48,840 nt of DNA from Candidatus Giovannonibacteria bacterium RIFCSPLOWO2_02_FULL_45_28 (lineage in GTDB: Bacteria; Patescibacteriota; Minisyncoccia; UBA11713; 2-01-FULL-45-33): positions 1 through 48,840 of the forward strand of contig MFIM01000027.1 in NCBI GenBank assembly GCA_001780725.1, read 5' to 3'. How positions within the stretch are numbered: the first letter of the stretch is position 1; the number at the start of each line of letters is the position of its first letter. The translations under genes were made by a program, and so were the position numbers. Below, piece by piece: positions 27,958-37,800 of the stretch. The notes under the pieces were generated by a model. That model did not search any database. It was not told where the DNA came from and saw only the letters and a program-made list of their open reading frames with translations.

Positions 27958-28422
27958 ATGGACCAAGATTCAACATATTTTTCAAAAGAGGGACTCGCCA
28001 AATTAAAAAGCGAACTAGAACACCTCAAAACAAAGAAACGAAAAGAAATCGCAGATCGCTTGGAATACGCCAAAAGCTTAGGTGATTTATCGGAAAACTC
28101 CGAATATCAGGAAGCAAAAGAATCGCAGATATTAAATGAAGGTAAAATCGCGGAATTGGAAGATATGCTGCGAAGATCCGTGGTGGTTGAACATACTCGG
28201 GTTGATATGGTTGATATCGGGTCGCAAGTTTTAGTTAAAGATCAAAACGGCAACGAGACAAATTTTATCATTGTCGGATCAAAAGAGGCCGCTCCCGGAG
28301 AAAATAAAATCTCGCATGAATCTCCCGTCGGCAAGGCTCTTTTGGGCCATAAAAAATTTGAAAGCGTTTTGGTTAAAACGCCAAAAGGCGCAGTTGAATA
28401 TAAAATTTTAGACATAAAATGA
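27958..28422 (+). CDS. greA: transcription elongation factor GreA
   Basis: GDLSENSEYQEAK, ISHESPVGKALLG. Confidence 0.96.
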   Translation: MDQDSTYFSKEGLAKLKSELEHLKTKKRKEIADRLEYAKSLGDLSENSEYQEAKESQILNEGKIAELEDMLRRSVVVEHTRVDMVDIGSQVLVKDQNGNETNFIIVGSKEAAPGENKISHESPVGKALLGHKKFESVLVKTPKGAVEYKILDIK

Positions 28423-29873
28423 TACGGGACTGGCGCGTTAAAAAACTTGAAATTTTACGCAAAGCTGGCATTAATCCTTATCCGGCTGGCCCCGCCTTTT
28501 CTGTTTCACCGATTCAGGAAATCAGAAAAAATTTTAGAAAGCATTTAAACTCAAAAAAAAACATCGGTTTGGCTGGCAGAATAATGGCCAAGCGCGAACA
28601 TGGCGGGTCTATATTTATGGATATTTTCGACGGTTCTGGGAAATTGCAGATTTTTTTTGCAAAAGATAAAATTGGCGAACCCCCCTTTTCTTTATTGGCG
28701 GAAACCATTGATATTGGCGATTTCGTCGCCGTACAGGGCTGCGCTTTTTATACTAAAAAAAGTGAGCCGACAATTGAAGCCCGTAAATGGGAAGTGTTGG
28801 TTAAATCATTATTGCCTTTACCGGAAAAATGGCACGGACTTCAAGACGTAGAAGAGCGTTTTCGCAAGCGTTATTTGGATATATTGATGAATCCTCTGGT
28901 GCGCGATAGATTTTTGTTGCGTTCGCGCTTGATTGCCGAGATGAGAAATATTTTAGATGAGGCCGGATACATGGAAACGGAAACGCCGATTTTGCAGCCT
29001 ATTTACGGCGGGGCTTTGGCGGAACCCTTCAAAACGCACCATCGCATGCTGGATATGGATATGTATTTGCGCATAGCTCCGGAACTTTACTTAAAAAGGC
29101 TTTTGGCTGCCGGTTTTAATAAAGTGTACGAAATCGGCAAAAATTTTAGAAACGAGGGATTGGACGCTACTCATAATCCGGAATTCACCACGATTGAACT
29201 CTACGAAGCTTATCGGGACGCGGAATATCTTAGAAATTTTATCGCGCAAATTTTAGAAGCGCTTATTAAAAAATTGCTCGGAAAAACTGTTTTTAAATTC
29301 GGTGAAGAGACTATAAAATTCACAAAAAAAATACCAACAATAAAATTTTGGCATGTTTTGGAAAGATATGCTCTTTTGCCCGGCGCAGAAAAATTAAACC
29401 GCGACGATTTGTCGCTTAGAGCCAAGCAATTCGGAATAACCCCGGAAAGCTGGGAGACAAAAGAGAAAATTGCAGATGAACTTTTTAAAAAAATTTGCAG
29501 GCCAAAAATGATTCAGCCTGTTTATGTAGTGGACTATCCGGTAGAAATGTCGCCATTAGCAAAAAACATTAGCGGAAATAGCGGTATCGTTGATCGCTTT
29601 CAATTAATCTTGGGCGGCGTTGAACTCGTAAACGGATTTTCGGAACTAAACGATCCGGAGGAGCAAAAAGCAAGGTTGGAAACGCAGGAAACTTTAAGGA
29701 AAACGGAAAACAAGGAGGCTCATCCAATGGACGAAGAATTTATTGAGATGCTGGAATACGGCATGCCTCCGGCTGCCGGCTTAGCTGTCTCAATTGACCG
29801 TCTGGCCATGCTTTTAACCGATACTCATAATGTCAAAGAAGTTATCCTCTTTCCTACAATGAAACCTCGCTAA
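28419..29873 (+). CDS. lysS: lysine--tRNA ligase, class II
   Basis: LPLPEKWHGL, YLRIAPELYLKRL, FRNEG, HNPEFT, YGMPP, IDRL. Confidence 0.96.
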   Translation: MIRDWRVKKLEILRKAGINPYPAGPAFSVSPIQEIRKNFRKHLNSKKNIGLAGRIMAKREHGGSIFMDIFDGSGKLQIFFAKDKIGEPPFSLLAETIDIGDFVAVQGCAFYTKKSEPTIEARKWEVLVKSLLPLPEKWHGLQDVEERFRKRYLDILMNPLVRDRFLLRSRLIAEMRNILDEAGYMETETPILQPIYGGALAEPFKTHHRMLDMDMYLRIAPELYLKRLLAAGFNKVYEIGKNFRNEGLDATHNPEFTTIELYEAYRDAEYLRNFIAQILEALIKKLLGKTVFKFGEETIKFTKKIPTIKFWHVLERYALLPGAEKLNRDDLSLRAKQFGITPESWETKEKIADELFKKICRPKMIQPVYVVDYPVEMSPLAKNISGNSGIVDRFQLILGGVELVNGFSELNDPEEQKARLETQETLRKTENKEAHPMDEEFIEMLEYGMPPAAGLAVSIDRLAMLLTDTHNVKEVILFPTMKPR

Positions 29874-29910
29874 GTGAATAAGCTGTGAATAAATAAGCCT
29901 GTTTAGCTTT

Positions 29911-29942
29911 ATCCCGCACATTTTAGTAAAAATGTGCGGGAT
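29911..29942. terminator. 14-bp hairpin after lysS (terminator or palindromic repeat)
   Basis: ATCCCGCACATTTT-agta-AAAATGTGCGGGAT. Confidence 0.6.
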
Positions 29943-30019
29943 TTGCATTTACTCGTTAAGTGGATTAAAATGGAAGTAAGGTGGGAAAAGGTGGATAAAT
30001 CTGTGGATAATGTGGATAA
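29943..30019 (+). promoter_or_regulatory. mraZ promoter with MraZ-type GTGG repeats and DnaA boxes
   Basis: TTGCAT-N17-TAAAAT; (G/A)TGG at about 10-nt period from 29960; TGTGGATAA at 30002 and 30011. Confidence 0.75.
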
Positions 30020-30029
30020 CTTTTAAACT

Positions 30030-30452
30030 ATGTTAATCGGCGAATATTTACATACGATAGACCAAAAAAACCGCCTTTCGGTACCTTCAAAATTTCGCAA
30101 AGATCTGGGAGAGATTGTCGTACTGACCAGAGGACTGGATAAATGTCTGTTTTTGTACACATTGGTTGAGTGGCAAATACTGGCCGAGCGGCTAGCCAAA
30201 TTGCCGTGGGGCAAAGCGGAACATAGAAGTTTTGTGCGCGCAATGATCGCCGGAGCAACCGATTTGGAAATTGATTCTTTGGGAAGAATACTTTTGCCGG
30301 ATTATCTTAAGGTTTATGCCAGACTGGATGGCGCAGCGCAAATTGTCGGCCTTTATAATCGGGTGGAAATATGGAATCCGGGATTGTGGGTAAAATATAG
30401 CGAAGAAAACCGGGAAAATATTGAAGCGGTAGCGGAAAACATAGATATATGA
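30030..30452 (+). CDS. mraZ: transcriptional regulator MraZ
   Basis: GEYLHTIDQKNRLSVPSKFR, TRGLDKCL, DSLGRILLP, RVEIW. Confidence 0.95.
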   Translation: MLIGEYLHTIDQKNRLSVPSKFRKDLGEIVVLTRGLDKCLFLYTLVEWQILAERLAKLPWGKAEHRSFVRAMIAGATDLEIDSLGRILLPDYLKVYARLDGAAQIVGLYNRVEIWNPGLWVKYSEENRENIEAVAENIDI

Positions 30453-31297
30453 TACACGAGCCGGTTTTATTAAAAGAGATAATCGCACTTTTAAATCTTA
30501 AAGAGGGAGATAACGCAATAGACGCAACTTTAGACGGCGGGGGACACGCTAAAGCCATGTTTGAGAGCATCAAACCGTCCGGAAAAATTCTCGGCATTGA
30601 TCAGGATTCGGAAATGGTAAAAAAAATGAACAGTATAAAAAATCTAGTCGCTGTGACCGGAAATTTCAGAGATATTGGAGAAATCGCGTCGCGCAACAAT
30701 TTTAAAAACCCGAAAGCCATACTCTTTGACCTTGGTTTGTCGCGGTGGCATCTGGAAAAAAGCGGAAGGGGATTTTCTTTCCAGAAACCAGATGAGCCGA
30801 TTTTGATGCAATTTGATGCCGGATCTCAAAAAAACGCCGCTATCATTCTTAATGCTTATCCGGAAACGGAACTTGCAGAAATTTTTAAAAAATTCGGTGA
30901 AGTCCGCGCGCCGCATCAAATTGCAGAAAAAATAGTTTTTGCAAGAAAAAGAAAACGCATTTATTCGGTAGGGGATTTACTCGCAATTTTAGGCATTAAA
31001 AATAAAAAAAGTTTGGCGAAAATATTTCAAGCACTGCGCATTGCGGTAAATGACGAACTGGCGGCGCTTGAGGAGGCGATTCAAGGAGGCTTCAGAATAC
31101 TTGTTCCGGGCGGCAAACTTGCAGTGATATCATATCACTCTTTGGAAGACAGAGTTGTAAAAAACTTTTTTAAAAGCGAAGTTGCGAAGGGAAACGCAGA
31201 AAATATTTTAAAAAAACCGCTAGCCCCTGCGCTAGAAGAGATTTCAAAAAACCCCAGCGCAAGAAGCGCAAAATTAAGAGTTTTACAAAAAATATGA
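30449..31297 (+). CDS. rsmH: 16S rRNA m4C1402 methyltransferase
   Basis: HEPVLL, DATLDGGGH, DLGLS, RGFSF, FQALRIAVNDEL, SYHSLEDR, NPSARSAKLR. Confidence 0.95.
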   Translation: MIHEPVLLKEIIALLNLKEGDNAIDATLDGGGHAKAMFESIKPSGKILGIDQDSEMVKKMNSIKNLVAVTGNFRDIGEIASRNNFKNPKAILFDLGLSRWHLEKSGRGFSFQKPDEPILMQFDAGSQKNAAIILNAYPETELAEIFKKFGEVRAPHQIAEKIVFARKRKRIYSVGDLLAILGIKNKKSLAKIFQALRIAVNDELAALEEAIQGGFRILVPGGKLAVISYHSLEDRVVKNFFKSEVAKGNAENILKKPLAPALEEISKNPSARSAKLRVLQKI

Positions 31298-31644
31298 TTT
31301 TTTATTTACAATACAAAAATAATTTAACATTGCCGATTGTGGCGGCGTTGGAAGACCTGCCGTTAAAAAGGAAGGTGGGTATTTTGAAAAGCCTTGTTTT
31401 TGCCGTGATTGCGTTTATGACAGTGTACATTTATCTAGTCGGATTGGTGGTGGCGCAAAACTCTACTCGGGAAAATTTAAACCAAACATTGGAAAAAATA
31501 TTGATTTTAACAAGCCATACGGAAAATGCTCTTATTAAAGAAAATACGGAAAAGGGTATGGAATATTTTATAGCTGCCGGATACGAAAAGCCAAAAAAGC
31601 TTGAGATGATAGAAAAGATCAGCAATGTCGCCGCGAATTACTAG
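31294..31644 (+). CDS. FtsL-like single-TM division protein
   Basis: TM plus coiled coil between rsmH and ftsI; assignment by position. Confidence 0.55.
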   Translation: MIFYLQYKNNLTLPIVAALEDLPLKRKVGILKSLVFAVIAFMTVYIYLVGLVVAQNSTRENLNQTLEKILILTSHTENALIKENTEKGMEYFIAAGYEKPKKLEMIEKISNVAANY

Positions 31645-33301
31645 CATCATATTTTGCTTCGTTTTGCTCATTTCAATAGCAGCATCGCGACTCTTTTTTC
31701 TTCAAGTAATAAAACACCAAACTTATTTTGACGCAGCGCAAAAACAGCAAAATTTCAGCAGCATGCTGGCTCCTAAAAGAGGTGATATATTTTTTAAAAC
31801 CAAAGACGGGGAGCCTTATCGCGCTGCGGAAACTAAAATAGGCGCGCTTTTATACTTAAACACCAAGCTTCTGCAAAATCCAGGAGATACATATAATAAA
31901 TTGAATGCCATTACATCAATAGACCGTGATTTATTTGATCAAATTATTAACAAAAACAATGATCCGTATGAAATTTTAAAACACCGTTTACCGCAAGAAG
32001 AAGTTGAGCGCGTTCTTTCGCTTGGCTTGCCGGGCGTGGGTTTAGAAGAAGAAAGATGGAGATTTTATCCGTCGGATTTCAGGGCCAGCCATGTGCTTGG
32101 ATTTGTTTCTGCGGCTTCAGACAAGTCTGCGGGGCAATACGGCATTGAAAAATATTATGACGAAACATTGCGCGGCATTCGCGGACAGATTTTGGGCGAT
32201 AAAGACGCACGCGGCATACTTATTGCTCTTGGTAATTATTTGAAAGTAGAACCTGAAGAAGGAGAGGACGTTGTTTTGACAATTGAACCCGTATTGCAGC
32301 GTACGGCCGAAGACGAACTTGCAAAACTAATGGCAAAGTGGAACGCGCAAGGCGGGGGTATTATTATTGTTGAACCAAAAACCGGCAGCATTAAGGCATT
32401 GGCGGCCTCTCCAAATTTTAATCCGAATGAATACCAAAAAGAAAAAAATCTTGGTGTTTTTTTAAATCCGTTCACGGAAAAAATATTTGAGTTAGGATCG
32501 GTGTTCAAGCCTTTGACTATGGCTTCGGCCATTGACCAGGGAAAAGTAGGGCCGGATACAACATACATAGATACGGGATGGGTAAAAATAGGCGATCGTA
32601 TCATAAAAAATTTTGATGGCAAAGCGCATGGCGTGCGCACAATGACGGAGGTTTTGGAAGAGTCGCTAAATACCGGCGCGGTTTTTGCAATGCAGAAGCT
32701 CGGAGGCGAAGCGCTTAAGGAATATTTTTACCGCTTCGGTTTGGGGGAAAAATTGGGCATAGACTTGCCGGGGGAACTTAGGGGGGACTTAAGCAATCTG
32801 GATTCCGGCAGAGAAATAGAATTCGCAACCGCATCTTTTGGACAGGGGATTGCCGTAACTCCGTTGGAGCTTACTATGGCTCTTTCGGTTTTGGCAAACG
32901 GCGGAAAACTGATGAAACCTTTTATAAAAGACGGGAACTCGCCGCAAGTAATTAGGGATGTAATCAAGCCCGAAACCTCCGAGGCGGTTACAAAAATGCT
33001 GGTGGACGTTGTTGATATGTCGCTCGCGGGTGGGCAGGCAAAATTTCCGCACATGAGCATTGCGGCAAAAACAGGTACGGCGCAAATACCGGCTGCTTTG
33101 AGCGGCGGCGGCAAGGGATACGGCGACGAATATTTGCATTCCTTTTTCGGATATTTTCCGGCATATGATCCGAAATTTCTTATTTTTATATTTTTGGAGC
33201 GGCCGCAAGGCGTCAAATACGCATCACAGTCAATAACCGGCACTTTCAAATCACTGGTTGAATTTTTAGTTAATTATTATACAATACCACCTGACAGATG
33301 A
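31625..33301 (+). CDS. ftsI: class B PBP, FtsI/PBP3
   Basis: RGDIF, GSVFKP (SxxK), SLN, SFGQG, KTGTAQ; dcw context. Confidence 0.88.
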   Translation: MSPRITSIIFCFVLLISIAASRLFFLQVIKHQTYFDAAQKQQNFSSMLAPKRGDIFFKTKDGEPYRAAETKIGALLYLNTKLLQNPGDTYNKLNAITSIDRDLFDQIINKNNDPYEILKHRLPQEEVERVLSLGLPGVGLEEERWRFYPSDFRASHVLGFVSAASDKSAGQYGIEKYYDETLRGIRGQILGDKDARGILIALGNYLKVEPEEGEDVVLTIEPVLQRTAEDELAKLMAKWNAQGGGIIIVEPKTGSIKALAASPNFNPNEYQKEKNLGVFLNPFTEKIFELGSVFKPLTMASAIDQGKVGPDTTYIDTGWVKIGDRIIKNFDGKAHGVRTMTEVLEESLNTGAVFAMQKLGGEALKEYFYRFGLGEKLGIDLPGELRGDLSNLDSGREIEFATASFGQGIAVTPLELTMALSVLANGGKLMKPFIKDGNSPQVIRDVIKPETSEAVTKMLVDVVDMSLAGGQAKFPHMSIAAKTGTAQIPAALSGGGKGYGDEYLHSFFGYFPAYDPKFLIFIFLERPQGVKYASQSITGTFKSLVEFLVNYYTIPPDR

Positions 33302-34566
33302 GAGTAATTATAAAAAATTTAATAACGCGAGTTTTGGTTTGGGAAGCTAAAATGGCTCTGCGCCGCCATGGCCCGCAAATCATCGGCATTACCGGTTCGG
33401 TTGGCAAATCTTCCGCAAAAGAAGCTGTTTTCGCTGTTTTAGAACAAAAATTCAATGTCAGAAAGGGGCTCAAAAGTTATAATAGTGAACTTGGGCTTTC
33501 GCTTGCGGTGCTAGGCCTTGAAACCAGATGGCTTAACCCGATAGGGTGGCTTAATAATATATATTTGGGATTTAAAGAAATATTTAAAGAGTTCCCAAAA
33601 ATTTTGATATTGGAAATGGGTGTGGATCGGCCAGGAGATTTGGATAAATTATTAAAAATCGCGCGTCCTGATATTGCAATTGTAACCGCCGTGGGCGAGA
33701 TACCGGTGCATGTTGAATTTTTTGCGGGTGCGGAAGAGGTTGCCAAAGAAAAGGCAAAAATATTGAAAAGTTTGCCGGCAAACGGCAAAGCAATTCTGAA
33801 TTACGACGACGAAACGGTTTGGGCAATGAAGGAAAAAACTAACGCAGAAGTTTTGGGTTTCGGTTTTGCTTCGGGCGCTGATGTAGTCGCTTCCAATTAT
33901 CAAATTTCCGAAAACGGAATTTCTTTTAAGATAGAGCATAATGGTTCAACCGTGCCGATCCGCCTCAAAAATGTTTTTGGAAAACAAGCGGTATACGCAA
34001 GCCTCGCAGCCGCAGCCGCCGGGCTTGTCCACTCAATGAATCTCATTGAAATTTCAGGGGCTTTACAAAAATACCAGCCGCCTCCCGGCAGACTGCGTTT
34101 AATACAAGGAATTAAAAATAGTTTTATTTTAGACGATTCATATAACGCATCTCCGCTTGCCGTGCACGCCGCATTGGATACATTAAAAGACTTTGCAGGA
34201 AAACGAAAAATGGTTGTATTTGGAGATATGCTGGAAATCGGGAAATTTACCATATTGGCGCACAAAGCGGTCGGAGAGAGAGTTGCTTCATTTGCTGATT
34301 ATTTTGTAACGGTTGGTCCGCGCGCGAAATTTTCGGCAGAAGAAGCTGTCTCACGCGGCATGCCGAAAGAGCGCGTAAAAAGTTTTTCTACAACCAAAGA
34401 GGCCGCGGGATATATAAAAAATATTATGCAAGAAGGCGACCTGATTTTAGTAAAAGGTTCGCAGGCAATGAGAATGGAACGAATTGTGGAAGAAATTATG
34501 GCAACTCCGGAAGATGCCCCCAAATTGCTTGCAAGACAAGATAAATTTTGGAAAGATAAGGAATAG
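33298..34566 (+). CDS. murF: UDP-MurNAc-tripeptide--D-Ala-D-Ala ligase
   Basis: GITGSVGKSSAKE, LEMG, DDSYNASP, GDMLEIG, VKGSQ. Confidence 0.92.
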   Translation: MRVIIKNLITRVLVWEAKMALRRHGPQIIGITGSVGKSSAKEAVFAVLEQKFNVRKGLKSYNSELGLSLAVLGLETRWLNPIGWLNNIYLGFKEIFKEFPKILILEMGVDRPGDLDKLLKIARPDIAIVTAVGEIPVHVEFFAGAEEVAKEKAKILKSLPANGKAILNYDDETVWAMKEKTNAEVLGFGFASGADVVASNYQISENGISFKIEHNGSTVPIRLKNVFGKQAVYASLAAAAAGLVHSMNLIEISGALQKYQPPPGRLRLIQGIKNSFILDDSYNASPLAVHAALDTLKDFAGKRKMVVFGDMLEIGKFTILAHKAVGERVASFADYFVTVGPRAKFSAEEAVSRGMPKERVKSFSTTKEAAGYIKNIMQEGDLILVKGSQAMRMERIVEEIMATPEDAPKLLARQDKFWKDKE

Positions 34567-34571
34567 CTATT

Positions 34572-34643
34572 GGCCTCTTCGTCTATCGGCTAGGACGCAG
34601 CCCTCTCAAGGCTGAAAGATGGGTTCGACTCCCATAGGGGCCG
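34572..34643 (+). tRNA. tRNA-Glu(CTC)
   Basis: GGCCTCT/AGGGGCC acceptor, CAGCC-CTCTCAA-GGCTG, GGTTCGACTCC; no CCA. Confidence 0.93.
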
Positions 34644-34685
34644 AAAATAAAATAAACTGTATCAAGGTTTTATAATGTTTTATAA

Positions 34686-34752
34686 ACCGCTTCGCGGGAA
34701 AACATCCGATGTTTGAAGCACGCCAACATCGGATGTTGAAGAGCGGAGCGGT
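34686..34752 (+). repeat. GGGAA/GAAGA structured element, copy 2 (intergenic)
   Basis: ACCGCTTCGC-GGGAA-AACATCCGATGTT-N11-AACATCGGATGTT-GAAGA-GCGGAGCGGT. Confidence 0.85.
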
Positions 34753-34753
34753 G

Positions 34754-34762
34754 TTATCCACA
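34754..34762 (+). promoter_or_regulatory. consensus DnaA box
   Basis: TTATCCACA. Confidence 0.45.
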
Positions 34763-34852
34763 GCTTTTTAATAAAAATTTCTTTTGTTTAATTTTTATAA
34801 ACTCTATACTTAAAAATATGGAGTTTATTCATCTTTCTTGCAAAAGCTTTCT

Positions 34853-37800
34853 ATGAAATATATGAAAGAAAAGTATCTTTCAGCATCAGAAGCCGCGCGC
34901 TTATGTAATTATCATCGTATTTATGTTGGGCAGCTTTGCCGCGGAGGAAAAATTGATTGTAAAAAATTTGGAACGGATTGGATGGTGTCTGAAGAGTCAA
35001 TTTTAAATTACAAAAAAGAACTCACCAGTAAAAACCTATCCCTTACCCCTTCCCAAGGAAGGGGAAAAAACAACACCCTCCCCTTTGGGGAGGGTGAGGG
35101 TTGGGTTACAGAAAAAAGCTCCTCCACTTTACAAGACATCTTTCACGCGCAAGATAAGCCTGATGACGTGTGGGACAGGGCGATTTTGGGCGAAAAAGAG
35201 AAAGAAGCTTTTTGGTTCCCGGAATTTTCTCTGAAGCAGTGGTCGCTGGGAGCAGTCTCTCTATCGTCAATACTAATTGCCGCGCTGATTTTTTATAACG
35301 CAGGCGCAATCAAAAATTCTATCGCGGACGCGGTTGAAAGTGTTAATGTCTCCGCGAAAAACTTCGTAACTAAAACATCGTCAATCCCTCTCCTTGCGAA
35401 GGAGAGGATGGGGAACGTGGTTGAGTTCACCTCCTTAATAAGGAGGAGTGGTGAAGGGGTAGTGGAGATTTTCAATAATTTTGGAAGTTCAGGCTTGGAA
35501 CTTGCGCAAAACGGCAAAGATTGGGTTTCGGAAACCGCATCTGCCGTCGCCGATGAAATTAAAAATGGCTCTGCTCTATTAAACAAAATCCCTGATGTGG
35601 TTGCGGATAATCTCATCTTCGTGGAAAAAAAGGCTCTTGTGGCTCTTTCACTGCCCAAATTTTCTCTTCCTTTTACTTTGGAAGATGTCCGGCTTTCGCT
35701 TTCTGACATTAAGATGCGGTTTTTCAATAATATTTTTGCCGCTCGCGACTACATCGTCTTTCTGGGTTTAGATATTAAAAAGGTGGCGCTAGATTTTGTA
35801 TCGTCGCCCTCGCCGTCAGGGAAAACACTCGGTGTTTTTGGGGATTCAACACCGAGTGTTGAGGAGGACGGCGAGCAAAAACCGTCGCCCCTCATTGTCA
35901 GTAAAAACCTACCCCTTACCCCTTCCCAAGGAAGGGGAAAAAACAACACCCTCCCTTTTGGGGAGGGTGAGGGTGGGGTTACAGAAAAAAGCCCCCCCTT
36001 TTTACAAGGGGAGGGTTTGGAGAGGTCAAGAGGTGTTGATGAATCTTCCATCATCTCCCGCGTCCTTTCTTCCATTAATATCACGCAGCGTTTTCAGGAA
36101 TTGGAAAACCGTCTCACTTCCAACCTCTCACTTCTCATCTCTAATATTGAAAAACGCATTCCACCCAACGTCCAAAATCCGGTTGTTTTTTTAACCGCGT
36201 CTGCACCCTCTCCTATAAGAAATGATCCGCCGCAGCAGATTAGCGGAGTTTCCGCCGGCTTTGGAGATTTCTCGCAGGGGATTTCAACCGGAGGAAATCT
36301 TTCGGCGACCGGAAATGTCACTTTGGGCGACGACGCGAAAACCGCGAGCATTGCTTCAAGCGTTTGGGATATTACTTCTGCCGGCGCGGCTTCCGGATTT
36401 ATATCTCTCTCTACAAACTCTCTTTCCGCGTCCACATTTAATTTGTCGGGGCTTTTAACAACCGGTGGATTTATTGCAACAGCCTCTTCAACAATAATTG
36501 GGGATTTAACTTTTCAAAATGCAACTTCTACCGGATATTTATCAGTGACCGGTTCAGCAACTTCAACATTTGCCAACGGAATAAAACTTACAGGAGGATG
36601 TTTTCTTTTGCTTGACGGCACTTGCGCCGGGACAGGAAGCGGCTCTGGTTTGACTGGCACGATTGGGCAAGTCGCGTACTTCTCGGGGACCGACAGTGCG
36701 GTCGGCACCTCCACCATCGTCATTTCAACGAGCGGCAATGTCGGCATCGGGACAGCGGCGCCGCAAACCATTCTTGATGTCTTGGGTACCGCCTCATCCA
36801 CTCTCTATTTAGCAAATATTGGTTCTGAATCTGCCCCAGCGTACTCATTCGCGGGCGGTTCAAATGGGGGGTTCTTTCAAAATCCATCAGGTACTATCGG
36901 AATATCAACAGGAGGGGCTGCGAGGGTAACGTTCGCGAGTAGCGGACTATCTATGGGCGTGAATGGTACTGCGGCGAGTCCCAGCATCGCTTGGAGTGCA
37001 GACGGTGATACTGGTATCTTCCGCGATAGTTCTGACCAACTTGCTTTCACTGCCGGCGGCATTGAGGCGCTAAGATTTATTGAGGTAAATAGTATAGTCA
37101 CTTCGTATTTTAATGCAGGCAACGTCGGCATCGGGACGACTTCGCCTTCGGCTACGCTCAGCGTAGCTGGCAACACTTATCTTGATTCCAATTTAATTAC
37201 TTATTCTTCCTCAACCGCCGCGAATCTTACCATTTCATACCAGCGCGCGGCGACGACGACGATTCCACAAAGTATAAATGCTTTTGCCATCGGAACCACC
37301 ACCGGACCAACCGCGCCAATTCTTTCAATTGATGGTCTAAATGGAAGAGTCGGCATCGGGACGGCAAATCCTTTAGTGCCGTTGCAATTGAATGGCAATA
37401 TATTCCATATAAATAATGATAATGCCGAAATTGGATTAGGATCTTCGAGATCGTTCAATAGGCTCCTAGTAGATAGTGATACTAATGTTGGATTGGTAGG
37501 CAAGAAAAATGTGTGGATAGGCATTGACTCAGATAATAGCGGCACGGACGCCACCTTTGGTATAGTTGCCAATGATGATTGGTTGGGTGGGAGCGAAACG
37601 CCGTTGTTTACTGTTACAGAGGCTGGCTCCGTCGGTATCGGGACGACGAGTCCCGCAAGTTTGCTCTCCGTGGCTGGCAACACTTATCTTGATTCCAATT
37701 TAATTACTTATTCTTCCTCAACCGCCGCGAATCTTACCATTTCATACCAGCGCGCGGCGACGACGACGATTCCACAAAGTATAAATGCTTTTGCCATCGG

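Noticed and set aside
29873-30029. Replication origin
   Set aside because: Only two perfect boxes, no dnaA/dnaN nearby and no clear unwinding element; better explained as the mraZ promoter.
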